A stretch of 64,000 bases of DNA from Camelus dromedarius (taxonomy: Eukaryota): positions 45,880,001 to 45,944,000 of the forward strand of contig NC_087447.1 of assembly GCF_036321535.1 (NCBI RefSeq), in the 5' to 3' direction. Under the pieces are notes generated by a model. The model was not told the origin of the DNA and did not search any database. It was given only the letters and a program-made list of their open reading frames with translations. Numbering within the stretch: the stretch's first letter is position 1; each line of letters starts with the position of its first letter. The position numbers were made by a program, and so were the translations under genes. Shown here in pieces: positions 12,717 to 24,069 of this stretch.

Positions 12717-13286
12717 ATATTCTGATTTTTATTTCTATTGCCTGGGTAGAACATTGCTAAGATTTATGTTGGATAATGTTTTGCCTATGTTTTCTTCTAA
12801 TAGTTTTATAGTGTCTTGTCTTATGTTTACATCTTTATGCCATTTTGAGTTTATTTTTGTGTGCAGTGTGAAGGTGTATTCTAATTTCCTTGATTTACAT
12901 GCAGCTGTCCAGCTTTCTCAATACCACTTGCCAAAGAGACTCTCTTTTCTCCATTGTATATTCTTGCCTCTTTTGTCTTAAGATTAATTGGCCATAGGTG
13001 TGTGTGTTTATTTCTGGGCTCTCTATTCTGTTCTGTTGCTCCATATCTGTTTATGTGCCAATACCACACTGTTTTGATGCCTGTAGCTCTGTAGAATTGT
13101 CTGAAGCCTGGGAGGGTCTTTCCTCCAGCTTTGTTCTTTCTCTTCAGTATTGTTTTGGCAATTCTGGGTCTTTTGTGATTCCATGTAAATTTTAGGATGA
13201 CTTGTTCTACTTCTGTGAAAAAATGTCCTGGGTATTCTGATAGGGATTGCAATAAATCTGTAGATTGCTTTGGGTAGTGTGGCCAT
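12717..13286 (-). mobile_element. L1 ORF2 internal fragment, truncated at both ends
   Basis: Translates as [38 protein letters not shown], a typical L1 ORF2 segment; no 3' UTR or poly(A). Confidence 0.9.
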
Positions 13287-13420
13287 AGAAATCCCCTTCC
13301 TAGACCCTCCAGAAAAGGCTCCCCCACTTATTTCCTATTTCATATGCAGACCCTTCCTAACTCACTGATCCCAGGACACTTACTTAGGCAAGTGAGAATT
13401 CAGCCCTGTCACTATCCAGG

Positions 13421-13441
13421 AATCCCATTCTATATTGCAGG
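13421..13441 (+). promoter_or_regulatory. Candidate splice acceptor of the OR51G1 coding exon
   Basis: aatcccattctatattgcag|gttgg, exon start 26 nt upstream of the ATG. Confidence 0.55.
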
Positions 13442-13466
13442 TTGGTGAACTCAAGTTTGTAAAGTC

Positions 13467-14432
13467 ATGACAATCCTTTATAATAACAGCCTCCAAAAAA
13501 CCACTTTCTTCCTGACAGGCTTCCAAGGTCTGGAAGAGCTCCACGGCTGGATATCTATTCCCTTCTGCTCCATCTATTTGATAGTTATTGTAGGAAACCT
13601 TACCATCCTCCACATCATCCGGACTGATGTCACACTCCACGAATCCATGTACTATTTCTTGGCCATGCTGGCCCTTACGGACCTGGGCCTTTGCCTTTCT
13701 ACACTGCCCACTGTGATGGGCATCTTCTGGTTTGATGCCAGAGAAATTGGTATCCATGCCTGTTTCATTCAGCTCTTCTTCATCCATACCTTGTCCCTAG
13801 TGGAGTCTTCAGTTCTACTGTCCATGTCCATTGACCGCTATGTTGCCATCTGCAACCCACTGCGTTACTCCACAGTCTTGACACCTGCACGGATTGTCAG
13901 GATGGGGCTGAGCTCGGTGTGTAGAAGCGCACTGCTCATCTTCCCCCTGCCATTCCTCCTTAAGCACTTCCAGTACTGTCGCTCCCATGTGCTGGCCCAT
14001 ACTTATTGTCTGCACCTAGAGATCATGAAGCTGGCCTGCTCTAGCATCATTGTCAATGACATCTATGGGCTCTTCGTTGTGGCCTGCACCATAGGTGTGG
14101 ATTCACTGCTCATCTTCCTCTCCTATGCCCTGATCCTCCGCACCGTGCTCAGCATTGCCTCCCGCCAGGAGCGACTCCGGGCCCTCAACACCTGCGTCTC
14201 CCATATCTGTGCTGTGCTGCTCTTCTATATCCCCATGATTGGCTTGTCCCTTGTGCACCGCTTTGGTGAACATCTACCCCGCATTGTACACCTCCTCATG
14301 TCTTATGTGTATCTATTGGTCCCACCTCTCATGAATCCCATTGTCTACAGCATCAAGACCAAGCAAATCCGCCAACGCATTGCTAAGAAGTTTGAGTTTA
14401 TAAAATTGCCTAGGTGTTTTCGACAGGATTAG
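13467..14432 (+). CDS. OR51G1: Olfactory receptor 51G1 (321 aa, intact)
   Basis: MTILYNNSLQKTTFFLTGFQGLE...MSIDRYVAICNPLRY...KKFEFIK matches my recollection of human OR51G1; all canonical motifs intact. Confidence 0.92.
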   Translation: MTILYNNSLQKTTFFLTGFQGLEELHGWISIPFCSIYLIVIVGNLTILHIIRTDVTLHESMYYFLAMLALTDLGLCLSTLPTVMGIFWFDAREIGIHACFIQLFFIHTLSLVESSVLLSMSIDRYVAICNPLRYSTVLTPARIVRMGLSSVCRSALLIFPLPFLLKHFQYCRSHVLAHTYCLHLEIMKLACSSIIVNDIYGLFVVACTIGVDSLLIFLSYALILRTVLSIASRQERLRALNTCVSHICAVLLFYIPMIGLSLVHRFGEHLPRIVHLLMSYVYLLVPPLMNPIVYSIKTKQIRQRIAKKFEFIKLPRCFRQD

Positions 14433-14539
14433 GTTGGGATGAAGGGAGGAAGTTTGAGGTGTAAAGCTCACAGATACTTTTGGTTTCAGCTATGATGCGG
14501 AAAAATAACGAACTCCCAATTATCAACAGAAAGTGGACT

Positions 14540-14745
14540 AACTGTACAATATACTGCATGTGTGCCCTTGGAAATATTACCTACCTCTCTGTTCTTTACT
14601 TTCCTCACTTGCAGAATGAGTATGGAAATAATGATAATACCTTCTTTGTAGGGATATTGTGAAGATTAAATAAGAAAATACATGTAAGTCTCTGACACAG
14701 TGCCTGATACATATCAATTCTCAACCAATATTAACTATTATTATT
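14540..14745 (+). mobile_element. MIR SINE downstream of OR51G1
   Basis: ccttggaaatattacctacctctctg...tttcctcacttgcagaatg...tgtgaagattaaat...acagtgcctgatac. Confidence 0.75.
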
Positions 14746-15479
14746 TGAAAAAATCTCCAAAAGGGTATACAAGTTTCATCTTTTATTCCTCCAGGCAGTG
14801 AAATTTGATCAGAGATTTATACATTTGAATTTATATTTTATTACCTTATTTTATGTTACTTTATTGTAATTATCATTTTTATTCATTTGCAACAGATTTG
14901 CACACATACCTATACCCCAGTTAATAACTTTTTGTGAGGCTGCTTCCTAAATGCATATCTACAAAGTTAAGAAAAGAAGATACCCTGGGAGTCTGAGGGA
15001 AGATACCCAGTGAGAACAAAAAAACAGTAACCATAGTTCACCCTCAAAGGAGGTAACTGAGGTTTAGGATAATCACTCATCATCTTCGTAACTAGTCGGG
15101 GGACTTGATTTCTTTCTTTAGTTATTTTGTATATTACTGAGTTGAAAAAGCAAGAGAAACACATGCACATTTTATGTTCTTTGCAAGATGTTTTTGTCTC
15201 AAAAAGGTACAACACTTTGATGCTATTTGCAAGCAGCATAGATAAGCTCCTGAGTGAAAAGGAAGAATTCGTATGGAAGGTACACTCTTATTCCATGATG
15301 AGGGAACACAGTTCCTGAGAAAGCAAATATTTCTCATAATTGCCTTCATTCTCATCAATGTGTATAATTTAATAGATTTTGTAACTATAGTAGAAAAGAT
15401 GCTGGATTGAACACAATTAACTTTTAAAAATAACACCAAAAAGGCTGATTCTGTCTCTAGTCTTCACAAAAATATATAT

Positions 15480-15656
15480 TTTATTTAAATTTCTATTAAA
15501 TAATTATAGATTAAGATGCTGTTATAAGATATAACTCAGAGATCCTTTGTATATTTTTTCCGGTTTCCTTCAGTGGTAATATTTTGCATAACCAGGATAC
15601 TGACATTCGTACGTCCACTAATCTGATTCATACTTCCCCACTTTTACTTGTTCTCA

Positions 15657-15693
<37 letters not shown>

Positions 15694-16340
15694 ACATGCG
15701 TGTGTACATTAAGTTCCAAATAATTTTATCACCTGTGTAGGTTTGTGTCTTCTCCGAGATATTAAGTGGTTTCAACACAAAAATCTTTCCCTTTTGCCCT
15801 TTTATAACCGCATCCACCTCCCTTCCATTCTCACTGTCCTTAGTACCTAAGACTTGCCCACCAGTAATCTGTCTTCCTTTTCTAAAAGTTTACCATTTAA
15901 AGGGTGTTATATAAGTAGAATTGTACAGTATGAACCTTCTAGGATTGGATTTTATCACTCAGTGTAATTCCTTTGGCTTCATTCAAGTTGTTGCTTATAT
16001 CAATAGTCTGTCCCTTTTTATTGCTGAGTAATACTCCATGTTATATATACACCACTGTTTATTTAATCATTCACTTGTTGAAGGACATCTTGGCTAATTC
16101 CAGCTTTTAGCTATTACATGAACAATTGTGTTTGGGTTTTTTGTGTGAACATAAGTCTATTTTTCTGAAGTAAATGCCCAAGAGTGCTAGGTTGTGTAAC
16201 AGCATGTTCACTTTTATAAAAAATTGCCAAACTCTTTTCCAGAGTACCTGTACCATTTTACATTCTCACCAACAAGGTATGATGACCAGTTTCTCTGCAT
16301 TCTCATCAACATTTGTTGTTGTCAAAAAATGCATTTTTAA
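15480..16340 (-). mobile_element. L1MA/L1MB 3' region
   Basis: cagagatcctttgtat...tgctgagtaatactccatg...gttgaaggacatcttgg...ccattttacattctcaccaacaa. Confidence 0.75.
15661..15692. repeat. (TG)16 microsatellite
   Basis: Read directly. Confidence 0.95.
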
Positions 16341-17599
16341 TGTACTGATTGAGCCTATTAATTCCCCAGGTTGATCTTTTACACTTCCCAAACCCCTCCA
16401 GAGCAACCTCTTTCTCAGACAGATTACCTGTAGAATCAGTATTTCTCCATTTGTGTGTAACCCTTCATTGAATCTGAACGTTATAAAGGGAAAAGTAACA
16501 CAGTCTTTCTCTTCCCATAGAGTTTGACTTGCCCTATTTCTTCCCACTCTCATCCATGTAATATAGAGAAGTCCTTCTACTGAAATTGAAACCAATGAGT
16601 TAAACTCTATTCTTGGACACTGAATCTATGTTCCCTCATACAAGGGTCAGTCAGCCAGTGGCCTTCAAATCAGCTAACGATACATATCCTCTGACTCTGG
16701 GCACTACCCCACATACTGTGTACACTGATTCTCTCCCTGAATACTGGATTTTCTGAGTGCAAGAGTATCAAGTGAAAATTCTTCAATTTTTTTGCATTTT
16801 ATGACTTGACAAAATCAAATCTGAAAACAGTTACTGAGTAACTATTCCATATGAAATACCTCTCTAGTTCTCATCTTGAATTAAATGTCTCAGTGGAAGG
16901 AATGTTTGCACTGGTTTTGATCACAGAGTCACACTGAACGTGTTCAATGATTTATTTTACATTCCCTGCTCCTTCTTATTGTTTACTTTCAAAATGGGGG
17001 TCCCTTGCCTTTTAGCCATCTCAACTTTAGTGAAACTGTTTCTCTAGACCGTCACTTTTTAAAACTCTTCTCCAGGACGTTCTAAGACCATAAAAAGGGA
17101 TTTTAACAACTACTGTGGATAGGAAGGTGGGTATGACAGAGATTAATGAGGCTTTGAAGCTCTTTTCACCTAGATTACTGCATCTACATTTTACGTGATT
17201 TTCAATGAGAAAAGGGTTCCACTGCCAAGAAGTGGTAATGTTGCTTTATTTTTGGTCCTTTAGCCAGCTCTGTCATCCTTTGGATCTTATAGTCTATTTC
17301 AAAGCCTCTCCCTCATCTTTTCAGACCTTTTTTTTCCCCTCATGTTCTCTTACTCTACTTTCTGACTTCTCTATTCTTTAATATCTTCATCTTATCTCAC
17401 CATCCAGTCTCTTTGTCAAAAATATGTGTTAAAAACAGATGCTTCTTGTCTAAAACTAGGGAGTTTGCCTGACTGTTATGAGAAGTGATCAGTAAGGCTT
17501 ATCCTGTTCAGACAATTTCTTTTTCATTCCCCGAATAGCTTGATTCATTAACACCTTCATCACAATGCATGCAAATTTGTTTTAAATGGCTATTTTTTT

Positions 17600-18497
17600 C
17601 CAAGGTTTTTTTGGTTTTTTTGCTTTGTTTTAGAGCACGTTTAGATTCTCACACAGCAAAACTGAGAGGAAGGTACAGAGATTCCCAGATACTCTTTGGC
17701 TCCACACACGTATAGCCTCACCCATTAACATCCCCCAGAGTGGTATATTTATTTGTTACATTTTATGAACCTACATTGACACATCATAATCTCAGGGATT
17801 GCAGTGCCAACTGGTGCCTGCCCTGCACCCAATAAACTTCCAGCCCTTAGAAGTCTGCCTGCTCCTCTTCAGAAGATAAAGTCCTAACAGGTATTGGCCT
17901 TCCCAGGGTAACAGCCCTGGGAAATGACTAGCCTCACTGTAGCTCAGGCTGGCTTGTCTCAGCCCACATCTCCTCCTTATCGTAATCATAAATTCCACTA
18001 CGTTCATTGTGTCAGCGCATGTCTCCATTTTACTGGAGTCGTAAATCCACTATCCTCCCTTATACCAAAGCCCCTCACCTCACTTGTAGCCAATCTATTC
18101 CCCATCCCATTGTGTTCACAGCCTCTTCCTCAGTAAGAGACCCTGCACGTTCACAAAGGGTGGGCACGCAGGCACCGCTTGCCTGTGTGGCCTGCTGTTG
18201 CCTGTAGCAGCTTAACTATTAAACCTTTCCTTTGTTCTTAAACTTCTCCCTTTCTGGAAAATTCTTCTTACCAACCTGTGTCACCAGCCCACAAAATGTC
18301 CCCCAACAGGGATCACTCTTAGTGTTGCACATTCTATGCTTTTAAGCAAATGTATAATGCCATGTAATCCATTATTATTGTATCACACAAGGTTATTTTC
18401 ATAGTTCTAAAAATCCTCTGTGCTCTACCTATTCATCCCTGTCTCCAAACCCAATCTCTAGAAACCACTGATCTTTTTAAGATCCATAGTTTTGCCT
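17600..18497 (-). mobile_element. L1MB-type 3' end interrupted by an LTR
   Basis: aaaactgagaggaaggtacagagattccc...gaacctacattgacacatcataatc / gatcactcttagtgttgcacattctatg...gtgctctacctattcatccc. Confidence 0.75.
17800..18308 (+). mobile_element. ERV solo LTR (509 bp) with 5-bp TSD
   Basis: TG...CA termini; GGGAT at 17795-17799 and 18309-18313; CCAAT 18090-18094; ATTAAA 18218-18223. Confidence 0.8.
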
Positions 18498-18500
18498 ATA

Positions 18501-18550
18501 TATCATATCATATCATATCATATCATATCATATCATATCATATCATATCA
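18501..18550. repeat. (TATCA)10 perfect pentanucleotide microsatellite
   Basis: Read directly. Confidence 0.95.
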
Positions 18551-19581
18551 TATGATGAATATTCAATAGTAATACAATTAATATATGATATGTTACTGTA
18601 TTATTGTATAATATTTTATATGGTGTAATTATGAATATTAGTTTCTTTTAACTTATACATATTACTGCTATCATTTTGTTCTAATGATTATCATCAATAT
18701 TATTGGTATTAATTTACTCTCTCTTTATTTACCTTGGGACTTCCACATTGTTTACAAAATGAACCATGAATCTGGTATACACTGAGTATATGAAGAAATA
18801 TTTCATAAAGAGATGGTTTCCTTTAACAGTCTAAAATATACTTAATCATCAGCATGAATGTGGTTCTTCACAAAACTGAATTTAGTGGTCATGCTCCTAC
18901 CAAAAGGTGGAGAACTTACGCTACAGCCAGCACAGTCTAGTTCGCAGTTCACTCATTCGAGTGATTCCCACCATTCTTGAGTAGAACACATCTTTGAAAT
19001 GCATTGAATTACTCAGGAATATATAGAATGCAGGCCAGGTCCTCAGACTGAAAACTGGTAAAAAAAAAAAAAAAAAAAAAAAACAAAAAAAAACACTTTT
19101 TTTTAAATTGAATTTATTAGTAATGAATGAGTGGAATTGAAATTTTTAAAAATACCATTTATACTAGCACCTCAAAAAATGAAATTCTTAGATATAAATC
19201 TAAGGAAATGTCTTCTCCATTAGACTTCAGAGTCTAAAAATTGATGATTAACCCTTCATAATCCTACACTAATACATAAAACTCCTCTGGAGATTTAACC
19301 ACCCTTTGCAGAAGCTCATGTTGTCCATGAGAATACAAGCATAGACTGGTTTCTCCAGTTGGCTCCTGATGTCTAGAAACAAAGGGCTGTGCTCTGAGTG
19401 GGTCAGAGGCAGGAAGAGGAGATGGAGTCCCTGAGTGTAGGCAAGAGTCAGGAGCTTACAGGGTTCCCTGGGGCACCAAGAATAAGCATAAACACTGTCA
19501 CAATATTTCCAAGAACTTGGTCTAACTTCTTTCCTCCCCTTTGGTGATAGGAAAAACATTTAATCAAAAAGCCCCTTTTCA

Positions 19582-20036
19582 TGTTACATAGGGTTATGTA
19601 TACTCAACATGCACGCTGTCACATCAGATATGCCTAAACTATACAGTTAGGATGAGAAGGAAAAGGTTGTGGGCCAAGACTGGGCTGGGCTAACTCATGA
19701 ATTTTAAGTCTCACCTTGGACTGGTTTCGGGTTACTGCAAGCGACCCTTTGCTTCTGCTTTTATGATACTGCCTGGTTGTACTCACCTTACTGGTTGATG
19801 GACCCCGAGTTTGCAAGCGACCCTTTGTTTCCGCTTTATACTGCCTAGCTGTACTCACCCTGTTGGTTGATGGACCCCGAGCTTGTAAGCGACCCTGTAA
19901 AACTTCACTTACACTTCCCGGGGGCGCTCAGAGCTCCGGAGCGAGAGCCCCACTGAGCCCGCCGGCATAATAAACCTGAGTACTCCAACCCTCCGAGTGG
20001 CATTTGTTTCTTGGCTGGCCTGCTGTCTCTGTAACA
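19582..20036 (+). mobile_element. Young ERV1/gammaretrovirus-like solo LTR (455 bp)
   Basis: TGTTAC...GTAACA inverted termini; 76/72-bp internal direct repeats; AATAAA 19969-19974; many retained CpGs. No TSD found. Confidence 0.8.
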
Positions 20037-23000
20037 AGAATATATCATTGATAAAACACTATCAGCAACACCTGCTGCACTTCCCTGAAGCTGTAGGGGT
20101 TGTTCAAAACTTTCACCAGATCTTTAAAAAGTAGCTACAGTGTATAAAATCCTCTGGGTTTCCCAGCTAGACAGCTCACAAGACCACTCTCTTCTTTCTT
20201 TTCCTTCTCCCCAGGGTCTGAGATAATGAGGGACAGGAAGCCAGTCCTAGCAGGAAGTTGATTAAAGATCGTTGATTGGGTCTCCATGGGGACCTCAGGC
20301 AGTTTTATAAAAATCAGGAAGTTAAAAATCCACCCTCTAGTTTCTCCATTCCCCTCAGAGCTCTAGTTTTAACCTTCCTTCTCCTTTGTTGTTAAGGCTC
20401 GGAACCTCTGGGTTTAGTCTTGGTACATTAGGAGTCAACATAGTGAGAAGGTGTTCAGTGCTGAATTGTGGAACCAAGAAGAGATCCCCGAAGGCTCAGC
20501 CTTGTCTTTGGAGAGGGAGAGAAATAAAGGGATTTTGAGGCACAGGAAAGGCTGTAGAGGGTTCTTTGCTCAAGGTGGGACTGCTGGAGTCAGATCTTGC
20601 TTACTTCGTGGGATTTCAAGGCCTGGTTTTAGCACTAGCCCAGAGAGGAAAGAATAGCTCCCTCACATCTGCTCACTTCTTTAGTTTTGTGCTCAGAGTG
20701 TTGCCCCATGCATGGTGACAGTAGGAATATTGCTGAGACCCAGGGAGACAGGCCAATTTGGCAAGTGAACCTGAGGTGCAGGAAGGAGATGAGCTCAGTT
20801 ACTCTAGGTTCAGTATCTGCCCTTTAGCATCAAACACAAGGTTATAGAATCGGGAGTTATTTCCAAGAAGCACAGAGATAGAGGGGCAGGAAGAAATGTG
20901 ATCCTCTGGAGAAAAGCTCGACTGTGGTATCAAAGGACATTTCCCTGAAGGACCACAGCATATGACTGATGGAATTAGAAGCAAGCATTGCACTTGTACA
21001 AGTCACTCTAGGAAGTGGTCTCCAAGAAGAGCAACGGGGGACAGAAAGGCATTTGTTAAATTTCCCACCCTTCTCTACCCTGGACAGCTACTTTTGGTAC
21101 TGGTCAGGAACAGTGAGAATCTCACCAGAACTGAGGAGGAATACTCTAAGGACCTTTAAATAAGAAGCCCTTGGAATAATTATCTTACTAAGATCTCTTC
21201 GGCCAACACACTAAAGGTGAAACCAAGCAGATATGTCCTGGCTTCACTCTTCTGGATTTTTGTTTACATCCAAGTTCCCTCCTTCAACTCATCCTCATAA
21301 GTCCTCTCTTTCTGATTCCTGTTCTGCTCTACTCCCTTAAAATGTGAAGCATAAGCTCTCATTCCAGAGAGGCTCCCTTGAGCTAGTAGCTACAAGAAGG
21401 TAGGGACTGACACTTTTGATAATTCTCTTTATCATTTGTCATTTAATCGCCACCCATTTCAGACAGTCTCGACTTTAAAAACTGCCTGGATTTGTTAACC
21501 TAAATGTTTACAAATTCTCAGACTGTGCTTTGGAGCTCCAGAGATTTAAGTTTGGATTCCAGCTCTGCCACTGATTGGCTGTACAATTTTAGGCACGTTC
21601 TCAAATCCTCTAAGTTTTTCTCACCTTATTTGCAAATTGAGGTAATGATGTTAACTTGCAAGGCTTTTCTAAGGTCTAAATGCTATTTCTTTTGCAACAT
21701 TTTCGGTCCAGTGCCTGGCAAATTGTAGATGTTCATCAAGTATTATAGTTCTTTCTTCTTTACCACCCTACCTCATTTTCATGTCAAAAATACTTTCTGC
21801 CTTAGATTTTATGAGTTATATTGTTAACTACCAAGTAGCTTGGCTGTCACTTACACATAAGTTTATCACTTCTGAATTCACTCTGATGAATAATGTGCTG
21901 ACCACTGATCACAGCCAAAGCAGAAACTGGGGAACACCGCATGACAGTCAATCTGACCTTCAAGTGAACAGTAAGTTAATAACAGTGGCTGTTAATTTCG
22001 TTGGATTGGGGAAGAAAATGTCTGAGTATGTATTTGTGTGCATTTCCCCAGTAATTTTATTTATTCACTCAGCTAAAGAGTCAGCACTTTTTTTGAAGAC
22101 CTATCAAGCCCTTCATTGTATGCTAGTTGCTGATAGTTGACAGTAACTTTTCATCTGTGTGGGTAGAAAATGTAACAGTTGTTTAGAGCCTGGAATCTAG
22201 AAGAAAGTCAGATCTTGATTCAAACCCCATTTTGGCCATTTTACTATGTCTTTGATCTTAGAAATGTCTGTTTCTTCTAAGCCTCTGTTTCCTCATCTAT
22301 AACATGATATTATTAATAGAACTTTATTCATAGGATTTTTTTAAAAGAGATAAAAGTATGCACAAAGTTAGTCGCAGCTAAGTAAGTAAAATTTAACTCT
22401 TAGTCATGCATTAAAAAAATATTTGCTGGGCACTTGCCATGTATAGGACACATTCTAAACACTATCTTTTCAGAATTAAACAAAGCAAAGCCCCCACCCA
22501 CTTTGAGCTCACACTGCAGTGGGATTATTAATGGGAGTGGACCGATCACTGCTCTGGAAATCAAGAGGCTTAAATTGGCAAATGACTTCTGCCTAGTGAC
22601 TGTCTTCTTCTGAGCCTTTCTCTCTTCATTTACAGAAGAATGAGCCCCACCAGCATCCATGTCTTTTGTTCTGTGGACTCTCTCAGGCTCTGCCCTGTGA
22701 CTGGGGGTGTGGTCAGATTGCTTCAGTATCTCCTCTCACAGAGGTTCACAGCAGGGAGCCTGCTGCTTTAGGGAATGGCTGTTACTGACTGATATGAGGA
22801 TCAGAGCTTTGATCTCTTACTCCAACAGTCGAGAATAATTTTACAGGCAGCTGTTCATGCACTCTGCAGTTCTCTCTGGAATTCTGTGAGCTGAGTAGCA
22901 TTTATGAGCTATCTGCATCAAGCTAGGCTTGTATAGCAGGAAGATCAGAGGAGAAGGCAAGTGAAGGATTTGTCTGTATCTTACATTGGCGATGACATGT

Positions 23001-23944
23001 GGCCGATGAAGTTAAACAAAAATAGACAGAAGGTAGGAAGGAAGGAAAGTAGGAGGGGAGAAAGGAAGGAGGAGAAGTATATGGTCAGGCCACCCAAAAT
23101 GGTTGTTTGCTTTCTCTCTACATCCTCTGCCCCACCAGTCCCTGCTTCACCTACTTCCCACTCACAAGACTGACCTCTCACCTTAATCTCAGAGCCTAAT
23201 CAGTAAATACCTTCATATTTGTCCCTGGCCCCAGTTAGTGATTGTTCTAATCTTTAGATCAGAATGGCTCCCCTTTGATAGTTTAACAAAGGGAAGACCT
23301 CTGACCTCTGCCCATTGAAGTCACTTAGCCCTAGGGGCTACAAGGGCCCTGCCAGTCTGCTGGTTTCCTCGAGAATCCAACAATCTGATGTGCCAATCTG
23401 AACTCAATTCCCCCCATAATGGATAGTCTCTTATTTCCCCTGGAGCAGAGACTGCTGCTGCCTCTGCTGTCCATGGTGGTAAACTATTGATGACTCTGTT
23501 GCTGACTCCAGGCTCTTTCTTTGGTCTTGAGGCTGGGCAAGCACAGGGCTCTCAGGCCTGCAGCGTGCAGCGCAATAGGAGGAAAAAAGAAGGAAGGAGG
23601 GAGCAGAGGAAGGGAAGATGAAAGAAAGAAAAAAGGTAAAGAAAGAGTAAAGGACCTAAAATAAGACAAAGGAAAAGAAGCTGAGAGAAAGGTTGAAAAG
23701 AAACATCAGTGAAAGTTTGAAACCTCATAAGAGGTAGGCAAATTTAAATACAGCCAACTTACATATCTGCTATAGTGAAGTATAAGCACTATAGTGAGGA
23801 TGCTCTGCACCTCTCAGCCTGAAGAAGCAAGGAGAAAAAATTTCAAAAAAAAAAATTTCTCTAAAAAAATATTGAGAGGGAATCAAGGACCAGATGGAAA
23901 TGACCTCTGGAGGAGACACACAGCTATAGGTCTGCTTGATCCTG

Positions 23945-23994
23945 ATCTCTCTCTCTCTTTTTTTTTTTTTTTTTTTTAATAATTTCTTCCCAGG
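23945..23994 (+). promoter_or_regulatory. Candidate splice acceptor of the OR51G2 coding exon
   Basis: (CT)n + T20 + aataatttcttcccag|g at 23991-23994; alternative CAG at 24025-24027. Confidence 0.5.
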
Positions 23995-24069
23995 TACAAT
24001 CACTAGCTTTTTCTCAAGTCATTTCAGGGATCTGGAGGGACGCCACCTGCCCCCTTCCCCGCACACACA

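Noticed and set aside
12881-13327. 148-aa minus-strand ORF
   Set aside because: L1 ORF2 remnant with frameshifts, not a host gene
13380-13787. Antisense ORFs over OR CDSs (also 24024-24332, 24712-24996, 44336-44764)
   Set aside because: Shadow frames expected from OR codon usage; no motifs or independent signals
19479-20067. Longer flanking duplication around the young LTR (aaacact[g/a]tca)
   Set aside because: Alignment needs several gaps and is offset from the LTR ends; likely chance in AT-rich DNA
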